The position numbers were made by a program, and so were the translations under genes. A DNA stretch of 64,000 bases. It comes from the human T2T-CHM13v2.0 reference genome, Homo sapiens. Positions 14,447 through 29,883 of the stretch are shown in pieces; the first letter of the stretch is position 1, and the number at the start of each line of letters is the position of its first letter. Where the stretch lies: NCBI RefSeq assembly GCF_009914755.1, contig NC_060926.1; one strand, 5' to 3'. The notes beneath the pieces are model-generated. The model ran no database searches. It was not told the DNA's origin and was given only the letters and a program-made list of their open reading frames with translations.

Positions 14447-14555
14447 TTTGTTTTTTTTAAACAGCAGAGAATTTATTTTAAGAAAAGTGAGAGTTTATTA
14501 GAGAAAGTAGAGTACTTGGAAGAGGGCCAAGCAGGCAACTTGAAAAATCAAGTGC
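14447..14555 (-). mobile_element. ~110-bp polyadenylated retro-insertion (LTR-like 3' fragment)
   Basis: 15-bp TSD ttgtgtg(a/g)aatcttt at 14432 and 14556. On the minus strand there are two AATAAA and an A-rich tail. Confidence 0.7.
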
Positions 14556-17500
14556 TTGTGTGGAATCTTTATGATTTTCTATATGTAAGATCAAGTGCAA
14601 ACAGATGTAATTTTACTTACTCCTTTCCAAATTGGATGTTTTTAATTTTTTTCTTGCCTAATTGTTTGGCTAGAACTTCCAGTACTATATTGAATAGAAG
14701 TGATGAAAGCAAGCATCCTTGTTTTGTTCTTCATCTTAGAGGAAAGGCTTTGTCTTTCACCATTGAGTATGATGTTTACTGTAAGTTTTTCATATATGGC
14801 TTTTATTATGTAAGGTTGTTTCTGTCTGTTCCTAGTTTGTTGAGTCTTTTGATCATGAGAGGATATTGAATTTTGTCATGTGCTTTTTCTGCTCATTGAG
14901 ATGATCATGTGGGTGTTTTTTTCTTTATTCTGTTAATACATATGGATTTTTATATATTGAACTTTTATTGCATTCCAGCAATAAATCCCATTTAGTCAGG
15001 TTGTATAATCCTTTTAATATGTTGCTGGATTTTATTTGCTAGTTTTTTTTTTCTTTGACAATTTTTACATCTGTGTTCATAAGGGATATTGGTCTGTAGT
15101 TGTCATTTCTTGTAGTGTCTTTGATACCTTTAGTATCAGGGTAATGCTGGCCTCATAGAATGAGTTAGAAAGTGTTACCTCCTCTTTGATTTTTTTGGAA
15201 AAAGTTTGAGAAGGATTGGTATTAGTTCTTCTTTAAATGTTAGGTAGAATTTATCAGGTCCAGGACTTTGTTTTGTTGGAAGATTTTTGATTTCTGATTC
15301 AGTCTTACCAGTTATAGTCTATTCCCATTTTCTGTTTTTTCATGATTTAGTCTTGGTAGGTTTTGTGTTGCCAGGAATTTGTCCATTTCATATAGGTTAT
15401 CCAGTTTGTTGGTTTACAGCTGTTCATAGTATTCTATTATAATCCTTTTTATTTCTTTGTAATCAGTAGTAACATCCCCACTTTAATTTCTGAATTTAGT
15501 AATTTGTATCTTCTCTCTTTTTCTTAGTCAGTCTAGCTAAAGGTTTGTCAATTTTGTGATCTTTTCCAAGAATCAACTATAGGTTTCATTGATTTTGTTT
15601 TTCTGCTCTCTATTCATTTACCTCTGGTCTAATTTTTATTATATTCTTCCTTCTGCTAGTCTTGGCTTATTTTGTTCTTCTTTTTCTAGTCCCTTAAGTG
15701 TAATGTTAAGTTTTTGGTTTGAGATCTTACTTGTTTTTTCATGTGAGTGTTAATAATTATCTGTTTTTCCCTTAGCACTAGTTTAGATGTATCCCTTAAG
15801 TTTTGGTTGTAGTTTTGTTTTCATTTGTCTCTTAAGTATTTTCTAATGTCCCTTGTAATTTCTTCCTTGATCCAGTTGTTAAGAATATGTTGTTTAATTT
15901 CTATGAATTTGTAAATTTTCCAGTTTTACTTCAGTAGTTGATTTCTAACTATTCCATTATGGTAGGAGAAGACACTTTGTATTATATTTATATTTTTAAA
16001 TCTCTTGAGACTTAATTTGCGACCTAATACATGGTCTATCCTGGAAAATGTTCCATGTGCATTGATGAATGTTTCTAGTGCTGTTTTGAGTAGTGTTCCT
16101 TATATGTATATTAGATGTAGTTGGTTTATTGTATTAAGTCCTCTATTTCCTTGCCTGTCTGCTGGATAGCTGTTTTATTCATTATTGAAAGTGGAGTACT
16201 GAGGTCTCCAACTATTATCTCCCGTCAATTGTGACAGTTTTTGTTTTGTATATTTTGATATTCTATTTTTAGGTACATAAACGTTTATAATTGTTTTATC
16301 GCTGTCCTTCCTTGTTTCTTGTAACCTTTTTTGATTTAAAAGTCTAGTTTGATATTAGTTTAACCACCCCTGCTCTCTTTTGGTTACTATTTTCATGGAA
16401 TATCGTTTTCCATCTTTTCAGTTTCAGCCTGTTTGTGTCTTTGATGTAAAGTGAGTCTCTTGTATATAACACATAGTTGACTCATGTGTTTTTATTCATT
16501 CTGCCAATTTCTGTCAGTTGATTGGAGAGTTTAATCCATTTACATTTAAAGTAATTACTGATAAGGAAGGACTTCTGTTATTTTGCTGTTTGTTTTTCTG
16601 TATGCCTTAATGCTTTTTTTGTCCTTCATTCCTACTGCTAATGTCTTCCATTGTATTTAGTTGACTTTTTTTGGTAGTGAAAAGGTTAAATTCCTTTTTC
16701 ATTTCCTTTTGTGTATATTCTGTGCTGTTTTCTTGTGGTTATTATGGGGATTACGTTTAGCAGCCTAAAGTTAAAACAGTCTAATTTGAATTTATATCAT
16801 TTTAACTTCAATAGCATACAAAAATTCTGCTCCTTTACAACTTCATCTCCACACCTTTCTCCACACCTTTCAGGTTACTGTTTAGTGTCCTTTCCCCTTG
16901 AAGGACTCTCTTATTTCTTACAGGGTAAGTCTAGTGGCAACAAACTCCCTCAGCTTTTGTTTACTTGGGAATGTCTTAGTTTCTCCCTCACTTTTGAACG
17001 TCAATTTTGCAGCATATAGGATTCTTGGTTGACAATTTTGTTTTTTCATTTAGGACTTTGAATGTATCGGTCTATTGCCTTCTGACCCACAAAGTTTCTG
17101 TTGAGAAATCTGCTTGTAATCTTATTGAGAGCTTCTTATATGTGATGAGTTGCTTCTCTTGCAGCTTTCAGGAGTCTCTCTTGGTCTTTCAAGAGTTTGA
17201 TTATAATATGTCTTGGTGTGGGTCTCTTGAGTTCCTCTTATTGGAGTTCATTTAGCTTCTTAGATGGTTATATTCATGCCCTTCATCAAATTTGGGAAGT
17301 TTTTAGCCATTATTTCTTAAAATATTCTTGCTGTCCCTCCCTCCCACCCCACCCCTCCCCTTCATCTTACTTGACTTCTACAGTGTATATGGATGTTGGT
17401 CTGTTGGTGGTACCCTCCAGGTCCCATAGGCTCTGTTCGTTTTTAGTCAATATTTTTTCTTTCTGTTCTTCAGCATCAGTAATTTCCATTGTCCTGTTTT

Positions 17501-17942
17501 CAAGTCCACTGATACTTCAGCCTGCTCAAATCTGCCTTTGAATCTCTCTAGTGAATTTTTCATTTCAGTTATTGTACTTCGCAGTTCCAGAGTTTCTTTT
17601 TGATTTATCTTTAGTTTTTCTACCCCTTTATTGATACTTCCATTTTGTTTATACATTATCTTCTTGACTTTTTTTTTTTTTTTTAGCATCCTTCAGACAG
17701 TTGTTTTAAAGTCATTGTCTAGTAGATCTGCCATTAGGTCTTTTTCAGGGACAGTTTCTGTGATTCTTTTTTTTTTTTTTTTTTTTTTTTAATGTGCCTT
17801 GCTTTTTTGTTTCTTTGTATGCCTTTTGGTTTTATGAAAACTGGACATTTGATTCTAATAATATGCTAACTCTGGAAGTCAGATTCTTCTCCTTCCCCAG
17901 GGTTTGCTATTTTCTTGTTAAATTGTGTTTGTTTGTTATTAA

Positions 17943-18310
<368 letters not shown>

Positions 18311-18962
18311 TATCTTCACAGGTCCTTTTTGAGCCTGTGCCTTTCCCTAGGCATGCATGATTACTTTCTAATTTTCTCCAAGTATGTAGTTATTTTTGAA
18401 TTTTCCAATATTTATTGCCTGGCTCCCAAAAGAGAAAAAAAGAAGGGAGGAAAAAGAGGTGCTGGCCTTTTAAATCCCCTGGAAGTCACTTTAGCCAGGA
18501 GAGAGATTTGCAAAAATAAGGAGAGGTACAGCAACATGGCCACCTGTCTCTGCCTGTACTTCTGTGATCAGAATCAGTGATCAGAGTACAGATCCTCAAT
18601 ATTTGGGGAGCAAAATACATTTTGTCTACTCTAGCTCCTGTAATTGTAGGGTCCTGTAGATTGAATTCAGGACACCAGGCACAGCTTCCTTTCAAAGGAC
18701 TAAGGATGGCAGATGGGTAGCTGCCACTAAACTAAGAGCTGAAATTGATCAGAATTAACCACATTTTACCATCGAGCTTTCCCCTAGAAGTTGCAAGCCT
18801 TCAATAGACTACAGAGTTCCAAAGTAGTTAACATCAGACAGATTTTGTCAGTTCATTTACAGTTTAGGAGGCATACAGATTTCTGGTGCTTCCTACTCCA
18901 CAGTCTTTCCAGAATCCTCCTCTTTTAACCATGTTTAAGTATACAGTTCATTGGCATTAATT

Positions 18963-19292
18963 ACAGGATCATACTATTAAGGCCATGTTTCATTTCCTTC
19001 TTCAATTCTTCAAAGAAATACTTTAGCATCCTGCTCCCACTTGTTTAAAATTTCCATGGAAAGTTCTTCTCTTGTCTACAGCTGATCTGGGCACAGGAGT
19101 TTTGGCACCAGTTGAGCGGAAAGTTTGTTCAACTTTAATTTTTCTGTCAGAATTGTGTTAGGTCAACCAGCTGAGATGTCTGTGGTGTTGAGTATTGTTT
19201 GTGCTGTTAATTGTTGGTCCTTTTCAATTAGGGCACAAGTAAATTGATTTTTTTCATAATATGCATTTTCCATGAACTTTTTGAAGACCCTC
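18963..19292 (-). mobile_element. MARNA-like mariner relic
   Basis: TIR-like GGGTCTTCAAAAAGTTCATGGAAAATGCATATTATG on the minus strand. The minus frame reads TILTEKLKLNKLSAQLVPKLL...FL*RIEEGNETWP**YD, a decayed WVPxxL / TGDETW / YD mariner motif set. Confidence 0.8.
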
Positions 19293-19950
19293 TCCTAGAC
19301 TAATAAATTCCATGATCAGATAAGTTGGGAAAATGCTGCATATTGTATTCTTCTTTCAGAGATTCACATTGCTTATTAAACTGTTAGAGGCTCTGAAGGA
19401 ACCTGTGTAATTCAGCATTACCAAAACTTACTTGATTATCAAATTTCTCCTCCCTCCCCTTTGAAATACCCCCTATCTCATAGAACTAATGAGCTCAGTT
19501 TGAGAAATGCTAGATTATTAAAGTTTTTTCTAGCAGTATAATATGACAATAGCTAGTATGTGGCCAGTTCAAGTAGCTAATCACAAGCAAATAATTTAGA
19601 ACAATTCTCTTTTTAAAGGGGCAGAATAATTGGCATCTTTGAAAATATTTTTATAATTTTCAACTCTGTCAATCAAGGCAATGTATATATGAAGGAGTAA
19701 TTAACTATGTTATAATATTTCCAGTTGTGCCCTCTATGTTTTATATGCAAAAACAAAGTTATCAAAAGATATAGGATCAATTTTAGTCCTAGAATTTAGG
19801 TCTTTTTTTTTAGTCAGTTAAAAATCTTTTGAAGGTAGTCTTTAAAATATTTTATATAGCAAGCATGCTATACATATTTCCTCTAAAAGAAATAGAAAAA
19901 TATTTTTAAAGAGTTAAAATGTTCAAAGTAATACAGAGACTATTTATTGA

Positions 19951-20286
<336 letters not shown>

Positions 20287-21074
20287 TAAAATATTTTTAC
20301 TGGGTAATTTTGGTGACTAATTCTAGTGCATTCTTGGCTAAAATAATTCTGATTAATAAAAATTTCTAATAACTATGAAGGGTTATCAGGTGTTTACTTT
20401 GTATATCTTGTGTATTTGGGGTCTTGTCTGTAGTTCTGGCAGTCCCCATTCACCTATATTTACATTAGTAAGTAAATACATTTTATTTTTTTCTCCTAGA
20501 GTATCTTAGAGTATGAATTACTGGCTTTTCCAAGTAGTTTAGAGTGCACATTTTCAAGTTCTTAATTGAAGTTGCTTTTAGGCTGTTGCTTTTAGAAAAG
20601 TTGCTTCTATATTAGATTTTTGCCAAAATAATAAGGAGAAATATATTTGTAAAGGGAAAGTTATATATTACTGTGTAAGATACAGTTTATCTTCAGGTTA
20701 ATGCTTTTGTTACCAACTCACTTTGTCCCATGTAGTTATTGTAAGTTCCCTGTCCTTTTTATCTCTATTTTTTTCTTCAATATGATTGGATCTAGAGAGC
20801 TGCAGTAGTTTTGACAAACCATTTTTGATTTAGCTGGCCAATAACTTTATTGGCTCTAAGACCTCGTGTCTAAAATTTATACCTATGACTACTTCTGACT
20901 TATTTCATTAAGTTCTTCCACTGATTTTATTTTTCCTGTCTATAAACGGGACAAACAAACTAGCCTGGTGATCATCATTAAGTTAGCCTATAAACCTTAT
21001 TTGAGCATATATTTTTTCTTTCTAGAATAAGGTTTTTGACATCAGCTCCCCGCGGTTTGTCATCCCAACAATAG

Positions 21075-21429
<355 letters not shown>

Positions 21430-22949
21430 GCAATCCTCCTCATCCTTTCTTTCCACTAACCAGGATATATTATTTTTGTAATAAATATGATCCTGGTTCC
21501 TCAAGAATTGAGTTCCTGCTCCTTCCTTAATCCAAAATCCTTGCAAGGATTGAAGCCATTGAATCCAAATCTAGTGGGTAGATCCTCAGCCCTCTAATAC
21601 TGGTTGTGTTTGAATCTTATTTTGCCTCTTAGGTTACCTATATTTATGTGATAGGAATTCTCTTTTAAGATACAGGGGAAGCCACAGAGCTTCTATTAGT
21701 GATAGATTATCTATTGTTTTAATTCGGTGAGATAATTGAGCTAATGAGTATTGGCTATAGTGTTAACATTACTGGATATTGTGAATACAACGCCCATTGG
21801 ATAAAACAGTTTTATTGATAAAGTTCAGCCTTTAGTGGGACAGTTAGTATCATCTCCCTATCTTTACTTTTCCTTGTTGTTGAAAATTTTGAGTTATTTT
21901 GATGAAGAGATGTATTTTTTCAATATTATATCACAGACTTAATATAAAGTCTTTCAGCAGATTTATAGTCCTCTTAGATTTGATTTGAAAAATAGTATTT
22001 TAGATTAAAATCTTTATAAAATTATTGCTCTTCAGTGAGATTTTCTGTAGATAGATCTTAAAATAAGCAGAATTTTAAAAACTAATAACATTTCTATTTC
22101 ATTTTAGGCCAATAATAGAAATTGTAATGAAAATGTCCAGCCCCCAAACCACTGGCATATATTTCTGATGTCTTACCTGTTTGTGAATGACCTAGATAAA
22201 GACATGTATACAGAATTCCCCTTCCCCACCATACCTATTTTTCTTTAAGTCATATTGTGAAAACATTTCTCTTGTGTTCTGAGCCAGTTAAAATTATATA
22301 GTGACTTTTTTTTAAGTGGTAAATTGTTACAGAAACCCAAATTGGAGGAATGGGAGTTTGGAACCAGGTGTGGAGAAAAAAAATCAAGAAAAATAGGACT
22401 GAACTAACCTTTGTAACAATAAAGCTACCAGTAATAAGACTTTTTTGTTATCTCATCATATGAATATATTTCCATTTGGGGCTATGTTACATTTCTTAAA
22501 CTCTGTATTAGAAAGATTTACAAAGATTGTAACACGTTAAATAGATACTTGGCTTTTTTAATGTTCTCAGGTGAGTTTTATAATTATATTCTTTAAATAA
22601 ACAGCTTTATTGTTGTGGCTCTGCCTTTAGACTTGGGAAATTTTTATTTATAGTTTAGCTATTAAGTGAATCACAGCCTTCAGTCATTTTAAGTCACTGG
22701 TTCTTATCTCGTGGGCCATTGAAGGTACTATTTATAACTTGATCTGAGTGTCTTAATTCTTTTTAAAAATGTTTAAGTTAGTTATATGTCATATTTTTGT
22801 TTTGTTTTTAAACAATGCCTTAAAGCTTTCATAATCTGGGTAAAATAGTCTACCTTCTACGATTCATTTATCTTATATTTTTATTCTTTTTGGTAGTCTG
22901 TTGGTTTAAATTGTTATACTAATGTTGACTCTTAATTTCTTTTCTACAG

Positions 22950-23119
22950 CCTGGATTTGTGGTATCATTTCTATCACTGTCATTAGCCTGCTTTCCTTGC
23001 TAGGCGTGATCTTGGTTCCTATCATTAACCAAGGATGCTTCAAATTCCTTCTTACATTCCTTGTTGCATTAGCTGTAGGAACAATGAGTGGAGACGCCCT
23101 TCTTCATCTACTGCCCCAT
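22950..23119 (+). CDS. SLC39A10: ZIP10 coding exon: TM1-TM2
   Basis: ttctacag|CC TGG ... CCC CAT|gtaag. Encodes (A)WICGIISITVISLLSLLG...GTMSGDALLHLLPH. 170 nt, phase 1->0, matches the previous exon. Confidence 0.97.
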
Positions 23120-24457
23120 GTAAGAAATGTTTTTAATGTTTTTAAAAATTTAAAATAAAAATATTTAAGCTGAAAGGGTCCTTCATTAGCAAGCTATAGC
23201 ACAGTAATCTAGTATTTGTATTGTTTTATTTGCTTATAGGATGAAGTATTTTTTTCTCCATTTTCAGAGTTTTAATAGCAATATTTTTTTAAATAAATTG
23301 AATCATTAGGTCAACTTTGCTTTCAATAGTCTTTAAAAAAAACTCATTGGATTAAAATTTGCAATATCAGTAGCAGTGAGTGGTCTTTTTTATCTGTGTA
23401 GCATATCAGGTTAGCCTTTAGGAGAAATGCATAAGATATGTTGTAATGATTATGCCTGTAGGTGGTATGCCATCAGCATCTTTGAGCGGGAGTAGGCAGA
23501 TACACTCAGTGCGCTGTTTTACACTTAGCTCTTTATACATGGGGGCATTTATCTTTTCACCTGTCATGCCAGTCCTTTTCTTCTCTTTGGGGACACTTCT
23601 AATTATATGATCACAAGCCCATATTCCTAGTACCATGCTTACCAACCTTTTTAAAAGTTGCTCTCTATAACCTATCAATAGTTAGTTAGGTAGATAGCTG
23701 TCTATCACCAGCTAAGAGTATTTAATTCACTCTTACTATTTTTACTTCAAATTATGAAAACAATGGGGATTTTTCTTTTCCAAATATAAAATTGAAGTAT
23801 TGAGTATTTCCCTTCTAGAGAATTTGGGAGACAGGATTATATTTGTGTGTTGTGTATATCTCCTCTCTTCTGCACTCTTGGTTGAGAATTCCAGATTTAG
23901 TATCTACAGCAATATATGGCATTGCTTTTTTTTTTTTTAATAAACAGGTTAATGAATCTTAAGGCTGTGAATATGAAGTTTTTGTTTCACCATTTCTACT
24001 AGCCATCAAGAATAGCAACAGTTTCCTTTAGAACTGGGCCTAGTAAGAGTTATTGAAGTGAGAACAGTATTTAAGTGCTGTTCAACTTGTTTTTGTATTA
24101 AGAAGGGTTAACTAAACCTAGCTGTTACCTTTTTGAGTGGTCTGATATCCTCTGAGAGGTTTAGATATCTCTTTGGTTGACCACTAGTTAACAGGAAAAG
24201 AATACAAATAAATTTTAGAACGAAGAAAGATACCTAAGTGCAGTTATCTAACTTATGTTCTATAAGATTACTGTTGTGATACTTGTACATTTCATAATGT
24301 TGAAACATAACCTTTTCTATACATACATTTATGATTGCTAAAGCTTTAAAATATAGAAAATTACATATTTAAGGATACCCTCTTGCTAACTTTCCACAGT
24401 ATATGCAGAGATAGCGACCTTATTACCTCTGAAATAATTTTATAAGAGAAGAAATTG

Positions 24458-24558
24458 ATGAAATAATCTGTACAACAACTCCCCCTGACATAAGTTGACC
24501 TGTGTAACAAACCTGCACTTGTACCCCTGAACTTAAAATAAAAGTTAAAAGAAAAAAT
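24458..24558 (+). mobile_element. L1 3'-terminal fragment
   Basis: aataatctgtacaacaac...aacaaacctgcacttgtacccctgaacttaaaataaaagtt. Confidence 0.8.
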
Positions 24559-24989
24559 ATATGATAATCAGTTTAAGAAAGAATTAGATTACAGGGAATC
24601 ACAAGTGACTGCTGGTGAATTAGTTTGTGTGTTTTGTTTCATTTTTACTAAATATTTGGCATGTAAGTAGATCATGTTCACTTCAATTTACAAAGAACCC
24701 ATCACTCCCTATTGTTACTTCTGGCTTGATTCTCTCACTGTAGTATGTATCTTATTCTTATAGCATTTGACTTGGTGTCTTTGAGTTACTGTAAAATGTA
24801 GTAGTATTTTGGACAACTGAGTAAAGCAAATTAAATGGAAGACTAAGTGAGATAATATCTAGGGGAGCACTTTAAAACTTGAAAGGTATTTTTTCTGTGT
24901 CATTTAGGAGATTATAATTATTATAATTTCAAAATTTTAAATAGCATTTCAATTATTTGTTTAGAAGTTTTATTTGTTCTTATTAATAG

Positions 24990-25178
24990 TCTCAGGGTGG
25001 ACATGATCACAGTCACCAACATGCACATGGGCATGGACATTCTCATGGACATGAATCTAACAAGTTTTTGGAAGAATATGATGCTGTATTGAAAGGACTT
25101 GTTGCTCTAGGAGGCATTTACTTGCTATTTATCATTGAACACTGCATTAGAATGTTTAAGCACTACAAACAACAAAGA
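24990..25178 (+). CDS. SLC39A10: ZIP10 coding exon: His-rich loop and TM3
   Basis: taatag|TCT CAG GGT ... CAA AGA|gtaagt. Encodes SQGGHDHSHQHAHGHGHSHGHESNKFLEEYDAVLKGLVALGGIYLLFIIEHCIRMFKHYKQQR. 189 nt, phase 0-0. Absent from the ORF track, found by reading. Confidence 0.96.
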
Positions 25179-25351
25179 GTAAGTATTTTTTATTTATTTA
25201 ATTTTATACCATAAAACTCAAAACAAAAATTATCCTTTTCTGGGTATATGCTTTCCTTAATTATGATGTTGGTGTGTATTAAGTCTCAGTTTTGTAACAG
25301 CTAATCTTTAGAGTAAAAAGCTGACTTTGGTTTTTTAAAATTAAATATGTG

Positions 25352-26002
<651 letters not shown>

Positions 26003-27479
26003 ACATGACTTTGATCTTTGCCATTTTTGTTACTACATTTATTTTGGCATTTATAATCAAGATACAGCAGTCTCAGTTTCAGTTATTTTGTGTTACATCA
26101 TACCTAATTGACTTAAATAGGATGGCAAAAGATATTTTCTAATTAAGTTTATTATAAAAATGTGAAAGTATGTAAAGAGAAGCAAGTTTCATCCGTCTTC
26201 TTAGGTAATATTTTTAATCATGTGACTTTTATTGTAGTATTTTTTAATGAAAATGTTTTCACACAAAAAGTGTTTTCACACTTCTTACTGGAGGTAAGAA
26301 GTCAGATTAAGGGGGCTTTGTAGGAAGAAAATAAAATGAAATGATGGAAATGGTGACTCTTTTCAAGAATGATGCACCACTTTGGAGATGATGCTTGACG
26401 CTTGGTTGAACTGTTGCTTAAATACTCTGATGGTGATGCAGCTGTCTGTTTCACCTCACATTTATGAGAATACAAAAAATATCTAAGAAGAATTATCCTC
26501 CAAGAAAGTAAATTCAGGGCTGCTGCCATTCACTATGATTTATACTCCTCCCTATTCACTTCAGTTCACATCTGCCTTTTAAAGCTCTATCCTGAATACA
26601 TCTCACTAACATGTTTGTGATACTAACAGTGATTATCTTCAGTATATTCTGTTTAAGTAAAGCTTTCCACAAAAAAAAGAGTTGGAAAATTCATTTTGTT
26701 AGTTAATTCCAGATACCTTTTTTGGGATGGTCAAGATCTTAAAGATGTGCAGTCTACTTTTAAGATACAATTTTATACTATTTTTGTTTCTGTTTTGTTT
26801 GCATATGTGTGTGTTTTGTATATATTCCTTTCATGATTTGGAACAGATCTCTGAACTGGGATTCATGGGAGTGATTCTGGTTTACATAAAACTTATTTGT
26901 GTGACTATGACTCACTCCTCATGATTTCCAGTAGTTATCTAAATCATGAGAAAGAAATCTTACTTCTCATCTGTATTTTCGTATCTTATTTCAAATTGTA
27001 TATTTTAGTTATATTTAGTCAGGACATCATCACATTTGTTTGCCTCCAAAGGAGAGGTGATTAAGATAGCCTAGAAAAGAAGAATGATAAAAGGAACTGG
27101 GAAAGTTCAACTTAGAGAAAAGTAAAAGAGAGCTAACAGTATTTAGATTTTGAAGGGGCTTGTGGAAGGTGAAGTAATTAATTCTGATGGACGAGTAGAG
27201 AATAAAATATGGTGGGAGGGATGCCAACACAGAAGGGGCTGCAGGGAAACAAGAGTTGGCTAAGTAGATGACTGCAGAATAATTCAAAAGAGGTGGTGGG
27301 GCTTGAGTGAGGGTCATGGCAGAAGAAATAGGAGAGGAAAAGATGATTAAGGGAATTATTTAGATGGGAGAATCAAGAAGACTTCTTAGTTGATTAGATG
27401 TAAGACATATAAGTATTTAAAAGTTCATCACTACAATAAATTAGATATTGCAAAGTTTGTAAAGAAGTTTTAGAATTGC

Positions 27480-27594
27480 CAATTGAGCATCTCTAATGTG
27501 ACAATCTAAGATCTGAAATGCTCCAGTGAGCTTTCCCTTTAACCATCACGTCAGTACTCAAGTTTCAGATTTTGGAACATTTCAGATTTCAGAT
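27480..27594. mobile_element. Tigger4a/MER46-like fragment
   Basis: ttgagcatctctaat...tctgaaatgctccagtgagc...tttcagattttggaacatttcagatttcagat. Confidence 0.7.
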
Positions 27595-28399
27595 AAACAA
27601 GTTTTTTGTTTTTTATAATTTGATCTTTTTAATCTCATTTTGAACCTTAGCTTACTGGTGCTTATACATTTATTTTTGCAAAGAAAACTGATACAAGAAT
27701 GGAGTCACCAAACCATGACAGCTTTTTTGTAAATTTGAAATTGTGGGAAGTAAAACACTGGAAGAACACCTTGGATGCAGGGAGTGTTCTCTAAATATTA
27801 AATAGTAAGGAATTCTCAACTATATCAGAGAAGGGAATCTGGCCAGATAAGTCAGGGCATCTGCTTTATGGTAAATAGGACAATAAGTAACCTAAGATGA
27901 AAAGGTTATGGCATTCTTTTGAAGAAAGGGAATTAGTGATACTTGAGTAGAATAGACATTTGACAGTCTGCACAGAATAATCAACTGTTTCAGCTTTCAA
28001 ACCACAAGTTAAATAATACACTAGATGTTGACTTGTTTCAGCAAGTTGGGGACCTTGAGGGTAATGATTTGCAAGCTTCTAAGAAAGTGGACTATCAGAA
28101 CCAAAGCAATTAAACAAAATCTCAGCTGGTGTTTTCATTTTCTTTAATTTCTATATCCTTCTCATTGACTTTTGTACTATTGTTGGCTCCTCCTTCCCCT
28201 TTTTCCCCTTAACTCATGGTTGCCGTTTTTTTTCTTCTCTTTAGGACTTGTCCGTATCATTATTTTCCTGTGAATGTCTTAACTCTTCCCAGTTTCTATC
28301 GGCTTAGTGGCTTACATTAACCATTACTTCTCTTATTCTCTGTGCCAGGATTCAAATGGGGAGTTCCTCTCTACTTGCCATTTGCTAGAGTCTTTAACA

Positions 28400-28760
28400 C
28401 TATTACATTAAAATTCAGCAGGCCACTGGATTAGGATGTATAGGGCTGGAAAGTCCAAGAATACTTCACTCCCTGTCTGCATCTTAATGCTTCTCCACAT
28501 GGCTTCTCTTTCTAGGAGAGACCAATCTTCTTCATAGGATAGTGGCTGGCTTTCCTGAGCAAAAGCAAAAGCTTCCAGATCTCTATAAAGCTAGTTTTGG
28601 AAGTGGCACAGCATCACTTCTCCTGCATTCTATTGATCAAAACAAGTCAAAAGGCTAGCCAGAATTCCAGGGCAGGGGGGTAGATTCCATGTCCTCATGG
28701 GTGGAGCAGAATGCTCATACAGGGAGGAAGGAAATTGATAGTGGCCATCTTTGAGATTAC
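28400..28760. mobile_element. Old MaLR LTR fragment (MLT1-type)
   Basis: ggcacagcatcacttctcctgcattctattgatcaaaacaagtca...gtggccatctttg. Confidence 0.65.
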
Positions 28761-29762
28761 CTTATGCTCTACTAGCCATGCAAGCTTACTTATGCAGCAG
28801 TTAGACGACTTAAACATCTGAAACATAGTTAACAGCCTATAAACAAAACCAGCAACAAAAAAATGCCATGCCAGTCAGTAAGCGTCTCCCAGAGAAAACT
28901 TTTTTTTCAACAGTGTTCTAGAATAATTATTTGCTTTCTTAAATTAGCATACATTAGAAGCAGAAATTTAAGTTGGAAGAGTTGTTAGTGGTAGTTACAT
29001 TGATAAAAGAAGAAAGCAGTAAAAGCCAGACTGTGAAGACATACAGTAAGAAAAATTTAAACCTAAACAATGAAGTACAATAATTAGTATTTGTAACTAA
29101 TTAAGGACAGATTAAATTATGTTCTCCATCTAAGTCCAAGGTGATAAGAAAGGATGCTTGTCTTTACTATAAGACTACTAAGAGTCACTTACTGTGATAG
29201 GTCCTTTCATACATCACCTCATTTAATCCTCATAAAAATGTTATTTTTATTTTTACAGATGAGTATTCTTATATTCAATAAATTTAACAAACTTGCCTAA
29301 GTGTCAGATGGAAACTACAAACTTAAGATTCTCACTCAAATTTGACTCTTCTTTACGTCACATTCAGGGAAATATAGATTGCATTAAATGTGAATGAAAT
29401 TCAAACAAGCTTTAGTTTTTTGGAACTTTCTGTTACCTTACACTATTGGATAAGAGATTTTACACATGTTATACACGTTTCATTTGTTGCATCTAATAAT
29501 TCAGTACTGTGTGCTCTGTTCTTAACTTCAAAGTAGATGAATGGAACCTCTTAGTTGAATATTTAAAAAAATACAAATTTAGTTGGATTTTTCATCTCTG
29601 GATTGCTTTACTCCCAAGAATTTTTTTTCACGCCCCTTTAAAATAATTTATATATAAAGTTAACACCATTTTTACCTGTAGGTGTTAATGAGTCAATATT
29701 GTTGCTAATTGTGTCCTCACATTTTATACTAATATCAGATACTATTTTTTTTCTTTTTTTAG

Positions 29763-29883
29763 GGAAAACAGAAATGGTTTATGAAACAGAACACAGAAGA
29801 ATCAACTATTGGAAGAAAGCTTTCAGATCACAAGTTAAACAATACACCAGATTCTGACTGGCTTCAACTCAAGCCTCTTGCCG
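29763..29883 (+). CDS. SLC39A10: ZIP10 coding exon: start of cytoplasmic loop
   Basis: Long T tract + ag|GGA AAA CAG ... GCC G|gtagac. Encodes GKQKWFMKQNTEESTIGRKLSDHKLNNTPDSDWLQLKPLA. 121 nt, phase 0->1. Confidence 0.95.
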
